From assembly GCA_038823825.1 (NCBI GenBank), contig JAWBCC010000004.1, positions 1 to 32,000 of the forward strand: 32,000 nt of DNA, given 5' to 3'. Each line of letters opens with the position of its first letter. Position 1 is the stretch's first letter. The notes below the pieces were generated by a model. It saw only the letters and a list, made by a program, of their open reading frames with translations, was not told where the DNA came from and searched no databases. Made by a program: the position numbers and the translations under genes. The DNA is from Candidatus Hadarchaeales archaeon (GTDB lineage: Archaea > Hadarchaeota > Hadarchaeia > Hadarchaeales > Hadarchaeaceae). Below, piece after piece: positions 6,334 through 13,732 of the stretch.

Positions 6334-8933
6334 CCGCAAACATTTTCCAGAAAGTTGAGTGGCCGTATCCGGTTTACAAGTCCTTCATCGTTCCCTACCG
6401 GGAAAACGGCACTCTGTCGGTCAGGAAATTGAGCGAGAAAGATGTCGAGGAATGGGGGAAGACCCTAGAGCTTGCAAAGGACTTCATCACGCGGGCAGTC
6501 AACGCACTGGGGGTGAAGGAAGAGGCGAGGCTCGAACTCGTCGGCGATTTGCTGGTTCTCTTCCTTAAAGTTCCCCTTCTCCGCGAGCCGATCTCGCTTC
6601 TCCCAAGCCCGCTTAAAGCCTATCTCGCTTGGAAGCTCGCGCTCGAATCGAGACTTAAGGAGTTCAGAGACAACCCTATTGAATTCGCCAGTCATCTGTA
6701 CACGATTTACAGGGAGTTCGGGCCGCAGCTCGAGGAATTGTTGAAAATCGTCGAGGAGGCTAGGGAAAAGGTTGAGAGATGCTGGTTCCATCTGCCTGCG
6801 GACACCCGCCCAGTAGCCAACTGTGCGGGTCTCATCCCGCACCTGCTCACGACTTCTGCGCTCTCCTGGGCTCTCGCCATACAGCGGGGTTTGGAAAGGA
6901 GAAAAGCGGCGTTGATCAGGCTTTCGGCTCTCCTCCACGATGTCGGCAAGCCCTTCGCCCCAGAGGAGCATGTCACGCGTTCAGCTGAAATCGCGAGATG
7001 GTTTACCGACTTCTTGGAGCCGGGCGAAAGGGAGGAGATCGTGAAGTTCGTGATGGATCACCACCGGCCCGAAACCAAGGAAGGAGAAATAATTAGGAAG
7101 GCGGACATATTGTCCTCCGCTACAGACCGGATAAGGGGATATCTTCAGGAGATCATCTCGGAAAGGCTTGGAAGACGACCGGAAATCGAGGAGCTTGAGG
7201 GCTGGGATTTCTGGGTAGAGCTCGAAAAAAATTCTCCTGGCTCCATAAGGTCGCTCAGCGAGGAATTCGTCGAGAAGGTTCGGAGGGATACAGGGGAGGG
7301 GGAAAATCTTTTCGTCAGAACCCTCCCGCTCCCACCCGATTACAAATACGCCCCGGTGGGGGAGATCGGGTTTGGATGCGTCGATTTGGGAGGGATCCAG
7401 AGATTTATCCGAACCCCAACCGAGCTGAAGGCGGTCGCGGCCGCCAGCTACGTGATCGAAACGGCGGTTTTGGTTCACATTCCAGCCTTCATCCAGCGAG
7501 AGCTTAAAGAGCTTGAGCAGGTCTGGTTCCCGATGGAGGCGTTCCTGTATTCCGGCGGGGGCAACCTGTATTTCGTCTTCCCGAAGAAACTGGAGGGAAA
7601 GATCAAGAAGGCTGTCGAGAAGTACACCAGTGTTCTTGCAAAAAACAAAATTTCCCTTGAGCTCAGAATGGCAGCTACCCCGTTTACAGCTTTCTTCCCG
7701 GATCTGCTCAAACATATGGCGGGGGAGATGGGCCTCCAGAAGATCTCCCCGCCTAAAGAGACGCAGGTGGAGAGGGGCGATGTGAAAAAGTGCAAGTGCT
7801 GCTTTACAAGGATTGCGGAGGTCGGAGACTACTGTAAGGTTTGCAACCAGTTAATAGATCTCGGGGGCAACTTTCATTTCAGAGCAAGGTGGGAAACGGA
7901 GATCTCGCTCCTGGAAAGAAAATCGCCCGCCCAGATTTTCGGCAGCTGGGAGGACGCTTCAGCCAGACTGATGGAAATTATCGCCGGTCACAATCTGGAG
8001 GAGATTCGAAGGGGTGTTGAGCAGAGAAACTATGCCGTTCTGAAGGTGGATGGGGTCTGCATGGGAGCTTTCATGGCCTCAGCCATCTCCATAACAGACG
8101 CCTGCGAGAGGAGCGCGAGAATAGACATCTCCCTCAAGAAGGCCTTTGAGGATTCTGCCCGCGAGCTTTACACTGCCCTGCGCGAGAAGGATGAGGAAGA
8201 AGCGAGAAAGTCCATCGCGAGACTGGAACTCGGACTGCTGTACATGGGAGGGGACGACTCCCTCGCGCTGATGAGCTCCTGGTACGCACCCATCTTCACC
8301 CATTCGCTCGTCTCCAGGTTCAGGACTTATATGGGGGAGGTCAGGGGACTTTCGGCTGGGCTGGCGGCGGGGGGTGCGAAGACGCCGGTCTGGTCCCTGA
8401 TAGATGCTGCAGATGAGCTGGAAAGAGAAGCGAAGAGCAGGACGAGGGAAATGGTGAGTCAAGGGGCCATTTGCTACGATATTTGCGAGGTTCCTCTCTC
8501 CTCCACCGCCGTCCGTCACCGGAGAAAAGAGCTGGAAGAGAGGAAGATGACTCTTCAGCCCTTCGTGGTTGAAAATGGAGGGAGGCTGGGCGAGATCCTT
8601 CAAAAGCTTTCCGGTGGGAGCTCGCGCGGAGACTGGTACAGGTGGGCACTGGAAACCTCGAGGGAAGAAGATAATGATGCTAAGAAGCTTGCGAAAAGAG
8701 TTAGGGCTTGCATCAAGGAGGCTGTTGGGGCTGCAAAGGGAATTCTGGGTGAGGAGGCGGACAAAGAGCTGCTGAACGAGATTTCAAAACTCTACATGAG
8801 AAGACAGCAGGTTAGGTTGGAAAAGAGAGAGGAATGGAGGGTGGCTGTGGATGCGTGCGCGGAGGGGTGGGGAAAGGTGGCTTTCGGCGACATTGAATTG
8901 CTGATCAAATTTGCACTGGGGGGAATTACGTGA
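6330..8933 (+). CDS. cas10: Cas10 large subunit with HD nuclease domain and intact GGDD cyclase Palm domain
   Basis: 867 aa. HD-type motifs are H171 (LIPH), H203-D204 (LLHDVGKP), H244-H245 (MDHH) and D259 (KADILSSATDR). Palm 1 is GFGCVDLGGIQRFI (D352). The Zn finger is CKCC..x..CKVC. GGDD lies at aa 640-643 (nt 8247-8258). It has an ATGA overlap with the upstream gene. Confidence 0.9.
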   Translation: MTANIFQKVEWPYPVYKSFIVPYRENGTLSVRKLSEKDVEEWGKTLELAKDFITRAVNALGVKEEARLELVGDLLVLFLKVPLLREPISLLPSPLKAYLAWKLALESRLKEFRDNPIEFASHLYTIYREFGPQLEELLKIVEEAREKVERCWFHLPADTRPVANCAGLIPHLLTTSALSWALAIQRGLERRKAALIRLSALLHDVGKPFAPEEHVTRSAEIARWFTDFLEPGEREEIVKFVMDHHRPETKEGEIIRKADILSSATDRIRGYLQEIISERLGRRPEIEELEGWDFWVELEKNSPGSIRSLSEEFVEKVRRDTGEGENLFVRTLPLPPDYKYAPVGEIGFGCVDLGGIQRFIRTPTELKAVAAASYVIETAVLVHIPAFIQRELKELEQVWFPMEAFLYSGGGNLYFVFPKKLEGKIKKAVEKYTSVLAKNKISLELRMAATPFTAFFPDLLKHMAGEMGLQKISPPKETQVERGDVKKCKCCFTRIAEVGDYCKVCNQLIDLGGNFHFRARWETEISLLERKSPAQIFGSWEDASARLMEIIAGHNLEEIRRGVEQRNYAVLKVDGVCMGAFMASAISITDACERSARIDISLKKAFEDSARELYTALREKDEEEARKSIARLELGLLYMGGDDSLALMSSWYAPIFTHSLVSRFRTYMGEVRGLSAGLAAGGAKTPVWSLIDAADELEREAKSRTREMVSQGAICYDICEVPLSSTAVRHRRKELEERKMTLQPFVVENGGRLGEILQKLSGGSSRGDWYRWALETSREEDNDAKKLAKRVRACIKEAVGAAKGILGEEADKELLNEISKLYMRRQQVRLEKREEWRVAVDACAEGWGKVAFGDIELLIKFALGGIT

Positions 8934-9544
8934 TAGAGTTTGAGGTCGAGGTCAGACCTGTCGGGCTCTTCACGGTTGGTGGGGGGACGGTCGAGGTCTT
9001 CGGGCCAGACGTTCCCTTCATAAAGGAGAGGGGAAAGATTTTCATTCCAGGTTCGACCTTCAAGGGTCTACTGAGGTCGGCTGCATCAAGAGTAGCTGAA
9101 ACGTACGGGTTTTCCTCGTGTGGCAACATAAGGCCAGAGGAACTCTGCGGATCCTGCGACGTCTGTAAACTTTTCGGATCCATAAGATCGCAGGGAAAAC
9201 TCATCGTAGGGAATTTGGAGGCTGTCGAAGGATATGAACTCCTCTGGTTCACGAGGGTCAGGATTAACGACAAAAGCAACAAGGCCGAGGAAGGGGGACT
9301 CTTCACCCAGGAGCACTCATATGGAGGGAGCTTCAGGGGGATGATAAGGGTCATGGAGGATGGGGCCGAGCTTCTGGGACTCCTGCTCCTCGCACTTGCG
9401 GAACTCAGAACGGGGAGGGCGGGAAGAAGATCCCTCCTCGACCTGAAGATAGGCAAGACAGCCGGGCTTCAGGGGAAAGTGGAGGGAAGATGGCTCAAAC
9501 TTGTGAATGAACTCGAGAAATTTTTGTGGGAGGGGAAAATATGA
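8930..9544 (+). CDS. cas7: Cas7-family RAMP (Csm3-like), fourth paralog
   Basis: GTG start in a GTGA overlap with the cas10 stop. Motifs are FTVGGG..GPDVPFIKERGKIFIPGSTFKGLLRSAA and CGSCDVCKLFGS. Confidence 0.75.
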   Translation: MIEFEVEVRPVGLFTVGGGTVEVFGPDVPFIKERGKIFIPGSTFKGLLRSAASRVAETYGFSSCGNIRPEELCGSCDVCKLFGSIRSQGKLIVGNLEAVEGYELLWFTRVRINDKSNKAEEGGLFTQEHSYGGSFRGMIRVMEDGAELLGLLLLALAELRTGRAGRRSLLDLKIGKTAGLQGKVEGRWLKLVNELEKFLWEGKI

Positions 9545-10614
9545 AGTTCTACGAGGTCCGGATTGAGCTTAGATCTCCGGCAATCATAACCTCCCGCAGG
9601 ACCGAGCACGGATTTAAGTCAGCTCTCGAGTTTATACCCGGAACAACCTTGAGGGGGGCAATTCTATCCTCCCTTTACTATCACGATAAAATCTCAAGGA
9701 ACGAGCTCGAAAGAGAGGCGAATGAACCCTCCCTCATCTGCACGCCTGCCTATCCACTCGTCGACGGGCAGCAAAGCTGGCCTGCCCATCCCTTCTTCTT
9801 TAAGTGTAAACTATGCAAACCGGAGAAGAATTCTTACGAGAATCGGGGAAGGGAGGCTCGCATAAAGATTGAGAAGGGGGAAGAACCAACCATTCCGACA
9901 AGCTGCAGATATGGTCATGTGAGCCTCGAAAGCCTGCATCCGGGACCAGTTCTTCCAAACGGTAAGAGAGTGAGAGTCAGTTTTACCTCTTCCGTGTGTG
10001 CTGGTGTAAACAAGGACAGGGGCTCGGTTGAGGGGGGCATGCTCTACGAGTACGATGCGCTTGAAAGCGGGCAAATGTTCTGGGCCTATCTCGCCACCCC
10101 GTACGAAATCCCTAATCCACTGGAAATCTGGATCGGAAGAGGGGTGACGAGAGGATTCGGGGAGGCCCGGCTGAGTCTATGGGAGCTGGACATGAAAAAG
10201 CTCGAAGAAGACTGCAGAAAGGCTTCCACCGATGGGATTCTTGTGTTGTATGCTCTCTCCCCCCTTCTGGGAGGCGGACAGAGAGCTACCCCTTTCCCGA
10301 CCGTGATTGAGCTAGGACCGATAGGAAATAGAATCGGTAGCCCTGCTGAGGGTTCCCTTCGGATAGAAAAAGTTTATGGAAGAGCTGGGCCATACGAGGC
10401 GGGATGGGACATGCTCAGGGGGAGGAGCAGGCCGACCTTTTACGGTGTGTGTTATCCGGGGAGCATCCTGAGGGCAAGAGTGGTTGGGAATGTGAGTTGG
10501 GAGGCCATTGCCTCTTTGGGAATCCTGGGAACCGTGGAGAAATGGGGGGACGAGACATCGTGCTGCGTGAACCAGCTCCTCCCGCTGGCGGGGCATCCGG
10601 TGGAGGGAACATGA
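9541..10614 (+). CDS. Cas5-group RAMP (Csx10/Cmr3/Csm4-like partner of Cas10)
   Basis: Trimmed to ATG 9541 (ATGA overlap). Motifs are FIPGTTLRGAILSSLY and WIGRGVTRGFGEARL (glycine-rich loop). At 357 aa with two RAMP-like halves, its position after cas10/cas7 fits a Cas5-like subunit. The Csx10 assignment is from memory of family features, not a search. Confidence 0.55.
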   Translation: MKFYEVRIELRSPAIITSRRTEHGFKSALEFIPGTTLRGAILSSLYYHDKISRNELEREANEPSLICTPAYPLVDGQQSWPAHPFFFKCKLCKPEKNSYENRGREARIKIEKGEEPTIPTSCRYGHVSLESLHPGPVLPNGKRVRVSFTSSVCAGVNKDRGSVEGGMLYEYDALESGQMFWAYLATPYEIPNPLEIWIGRGVTRGFGEARLSLWELDMKKLEEDCRKASTDGILVLYALSPLLGGGQRATPFPTVIELGPIGNRIGSPAEGSLRIEKVYGRAGPYEAGWDMLRGRSRPTFYGVCYPGSILRARVVGNVSWEAIASLGILGTVEKWGDETSCCVNQLLPLAGHPVEGT

Positions 10615-11489
10615 GCCATCTATTGCCGTTGAAAAATAGAGTGATTGGGAGGCTGGAGTTTGAAGGTAGATCGCTCTTGCATATTGGGACCGGGGGAGAG
10701 GAGGTCAGAAGGGAAATCCTTAAAATCGGGGAGAAAGTCCTGATTCCTGCATCTTCCGTCAAGGGTGCCCTCCGAAAGCTAGTTGAGCAGGTTGCGAGGA
10801 CCATAGAAGTTGTGGACTTTCCAGATGTGTTCAGGATAGGGGAAGGGAAGCTTGAGTGCAAGGAGAGAACCGATGAGGCAATCCAATGGTTACTGCAACA
10901 AAGGGGGATCCTCTCCTTGCTACGCTCGCTTGGCTTAGAGGATGAGCTAGAAAGGCTGCAAGTAAAAAGTGAAGAGGATTGGGAGAAGCTTAAACCACTG
11001 CCAGAAAAGCGTGAAACATTAAAGAAGATTGCGGAGGAGTACGCGACGGTAAGACATCCCCTGTATAGGCTTATGGGAGGGCAGAAAATCGCCTCGAAGC
11101 TAAGATTTCTAGATATTCCCTTAGAAGCAAGCATCCAAGAGAAAGCTGGAGTTGGGATCGACAGAAAGAGCGGGAGGGCGAGCGAGCACCACCTATACTT
11201 CTTGGAATCCTTGAAGCCTTCGAGGGTGAGCATATGGTTTATAGCCGACAATCTCCAGCCTGCCAGCTTGGAGGCCAAACTGCTCGCAGGGACTCTTAGT
11301 TTGATTAAGTCGGTGGGGCTTTCGCTTGGAGCGAGGAAGAGCGTAGGGATGGGTGAGTTAGAGCTGAAGGATGGCGAATTTTGGATTGCCGACCTGGAGA
11401 GAGATGATGGGACAAAGCTGGCTAATCCCTTCACTGGAGAGAGGCTGGACTTGGACAGTTTTATAAATTGGCTGAATCCTGGTACGTGA
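10611..11489 (+). CDS. Cas7-like RAMP, fifth paralog (Csm5/Cmr6/Cmr1-like capping subunit)
   Basis: Trimmed to ATG 10611 (ATGA overlap). Motifs are LHIGTGG, VLIPASSVKGALRK, GVGIDRKSGRASEHHLY and GARKSVGMGEL. No Asp sits at the Csm3 catalytic position. It has a long helical insertion (aa ~70-150). Confidence 0.65.
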   Translation: MSHLLPLKNRVIGRLEFEGRSLLHIGTGGEEVRREILKIGEKVLIPASSVKGALRKLVEQVARTIEVVDFPDVFRIGEGKLECKERTDEAIQWLLQQRGILSLLRSLGLEDELERLQVKSEEDWEKLKPLPEKRETLKKIAEEYATVRHPLYRLMGGQKIASKLRFLDIPLEASIQEKAGVGIDRKSGRASEHHLYFLESLKPSRVSIWFIADNLQPASLEAKLLAGTLSLIKSVGLSLGARKSVGMGELELKDGEFWIADLERDDGTKLANPFTGERLDLDSFINWLNPGT

Positions 11490-12312
11490 TTTTCGGGGAT
11501 TTAAGCGGGAATTCTTCGGGGCCTCTGAGGAAGCTGGTCGGGAGCTAAAGGGGCATCGAAGGAGCTCATAAAGGAGAAACTTAGGGCTCAGGAAGCAAAG
11601 GATATGCGGTTTGAGAGCAACGGTGAATCGGTTGAGGTACGTAGGATCATGAAGAAATATCTGTATAAACTTTGGGAGAGGCTAGGGAAAAGTTTCAGCC
11701 ACCTTGCGATGAAGATTGGGTGAAGGAGGTATATTTGTCGAAAAATTGGTACGACTTTCTATGCGCCTAAAGACAAGGAAATTTGGGTGAACTTAATCGC
11801 TGAACAAATCAAGTCAATTTCGCTCTTCTCTTGGGTGGTGTTTCACAGCCACTGCGGCGAGGTACTACTGTATTTTCAACACTACATCTCCCTTCTCCAT
11901 CCCGAATAACTCGAGTTGAAAGACGTTGCCATGGCGAGCACGGTCGAAAAGATTTTGAGCAAGAGGTTGGAACGAATTCCCATTTTTCGAGCTACAAGTA
12001 GGGGAAACCCTTATGGAGCTGCGTGAGGGGTTTGAGAGAAGAGAGAGCAAGAAGGGACGGTGAAAATCGTCGGAAGGGAAGAAATGATACCAAGGTTTCG
12101 GAGATTTCTGGCCTTCGAAAGAGTTAGAAAAGGACCCTTTTTGATAAGGTTGCGAGCCTCATGAATAAAATGAGTCGGAAACTTCAGCCAGTGAATGGAT
12201 TGGGCGAGAAATAAGGAAATCCTGAGCGAGTTGTAACTATACTCGATCCTCTCGCTCTTCACGAAGTAATACTCGACCTCTACAAGCCCCTCTTCGAGGT
12301 TATGGCCTTCCC

Positions 12313-13449
12313 CTCCGAAAAGTCTCCTTCAGGGGCATCCTACTAAACTTAGCACAATCTCCTCCGCTTGGATATCCGTATTGGGACTTTCAATCCCCAT
12401 TTTCAGGGGCATTTCACTGCAACTTTGGGACAAGAAGCGAAAATTTTCTTCCACCTGAACGCTTTCAATCCCCATTTTCAGGGGCATTTCACTGCAACAT
12501 TTACTGAAGTGTTAAGTTCTTTAGGTTATAAAATCTTTCAATCCCCATTTTCAGGGGCATTTCACTGCAACAACAGGGAAATTGAGGGATGACATTTATC
12601 TCTACGTCTTTCAATCCCCATTTTCAGGGGCATTTCACTGCAACCGTTAAGTCAAACGCAAACGCAACGGTCCCGCTAACGCTTTCAATCCCCATTTTCA
12701 GGGGCATTTCACTGCAACTTTGATACCAACAAGATGAGATATGCGACTATTGTGGTCTTTCAATCCCCATTTTCAGGGGCATTTCACTGCAACAATTATT
12801 ACTTCACCGCCAGCTCCTCCGTCGATGTGCTTTCAATCCCCATTTTCAGGGGCATTTCACTGCAACTTTCTATGACAATATGAACACTTTGCGAGAAAAC
12901 AGCTTTCAATCCCCATTTTCAGGGGCATTTCACTGCAACATTACCTCCGCACGCGCAGGATAGTATATAACTATATTACTTTCAATCCCCATTTTCAGGG
13001 GCATTTCACTGCAACTCACAAAACTCTCTCCTATGATAGCCTGTTATTTTATCTTTCAATCCCCATTTTCAGGGGCATTTCACTGCAATTGAAATACTAA
13101 ACAGAATACCTTTCAAAATCAAGCTTTCAATCCCCATTTTCAGGGGCATTTCACTGCAACGCGTTCGAAGGGAATAACGTCGGCAGGAATAGTTTCCTTT
13201 CAATCCCCATTTTCAGGGGCATTTCACTGCAACAATCGTGAGAGCAAAAGAAGGACTTCAAATTAGTTCCTTTCAATCCCCATTTTCAGGGGCATTTCAC
13301 TGCAACTTAAAGAGGATAGAAGCAGAGCTTTTGGAATTAAGCTTTCAATCCCCATTTTCAGGGGCATTTCACTGCAACAAGATGCTCTCGGAGATTGCAA
13401 AAGCTTAAATATCTTTCAATCCCCATTTTCAGGGGCATTTCACTGCAAC
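12313..13449 (-). CRISPR. CRISPR array: 15 intact 37-nt repeats (12387-13449) plus one degenerate terminal repeat (12313-12348); 15 spacers of 34-39 nt
   Basis: The plus-strand repeat is CTTTCAATCCCCATTTTCAGGGGCATTTCACTGCAAC. Its reverse complement, GTTGCAGTGAAATGCCCCTGAAAATGGGGATTGAAAG, ends in the canonical archaeal 8-nt tag ATTGAAAG just after a CCCC-N7-GGGG hairpin, so transcription is from the minus strand. Repeat 10 (13053-13089) ends in T instead of C. The decayed copy at 12313-12348 (~22/37 identity, 38-nt spacing) marks the trailer end. Confidence 0.95.
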
Positions 13450-13577
13450 CCCCGCTCTTCTTTTCATGTTTGGCCGGCTTTCCTTAAAAATCTATGTGAA
13501 GACTTTTTGAACTTCGATTTTTGCATAGGGGGTTTATAAAGAAGTTCACAAAGTTTCGCCTTTTACCGAAAGCCTAG
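13450..13577 (-). promoter_or_regulatory. CRISPR leader with TATA-like boxes
   Basis: 128 bp lie between the first repeat (in the minus-strand sense) and the 3' end of tRNA-Phe. It contains TTTATAAA (13533-13540) and TTAAAAAT (13485-13492). The leader side is inferred from the tag orientation and the trailer-end repeat decay. Confidence 0.5.
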
Positions 13578-13651
13578 TGCGGAGGGGGGGATTTGAACCC
13601 CCGACATTCGGATCTTCAGTCCGACGCTCTCCCAGGCTGAGCTACCTCCGC
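13578..13651 (-). tRNA. tRNA-Phe (anticodon GAA)
   Basis: Hand-folded as GCGGAGG-TA-GCTC-AGCCTGGGA-GAGC-G-TCGGA-CTGAAGA-TCCGA-ATGTC-GGGGG-TTCAAAT-CCCCC-CCTCCGC-A. It is 74 nt and CCA is not encoded. Confidence 0.9.
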
Positions 13652-13732
13652 CAATTTCTTTTCATGCACCATTGCTTAAAATTCTGATGGAAAAAGCTTT
13701 TAGGGAAAGCAATAGATCAAAACACGAAAAAA

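Noticed and set aside
10415-11434. 339-aa minus-strand ORF antisense to the last RAMP gene (also 5592..6287, 6981..7715, 8079..8603 and 8926..9456 antisense to other cas genes)
   Set aside because: They have Ser/Pro/Leu-rich composition with no motifs and lie fully inside well-supported plus-strand genes. These are typical shadow ORFs of moderately GC-rich coding DNA.
11604-11723. 39-codon ORF MRFESNGESVEVRRIMKKYLYKLWERLGKSFSHLAMKIG downstream of the operon
   Set aside because: It is too short and motif-less to call. The in-frame protein-like sequence upstream lacks a start, which suggests a gene remnant. It is mentioned only in the decayed-region finding.
11880-11920. GTTGAAAG-containing stretch that might be another degenerate repeat
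   Set aside because: Only ~15/22 positions match in the 3' half, nothing matches in the 5' half, and there is no partner at spacer distance.
12368-12592. 74-aa plus-strand ORF
   Set aside because: It is a translation of CRISPR repeats (the repeating FNPHFQGHFTAT), not a gene.
1-13651. Idea that the whole CRISPR-Cas locus is an island integrated at tRNA-Phe
   Set aside because: The tRNA 3' end does face the locus, but I saw no direct repeat of the tRNA 3' segment, no integrase and no obvious compositional break inside the window. The far boundary would lie outside the window.
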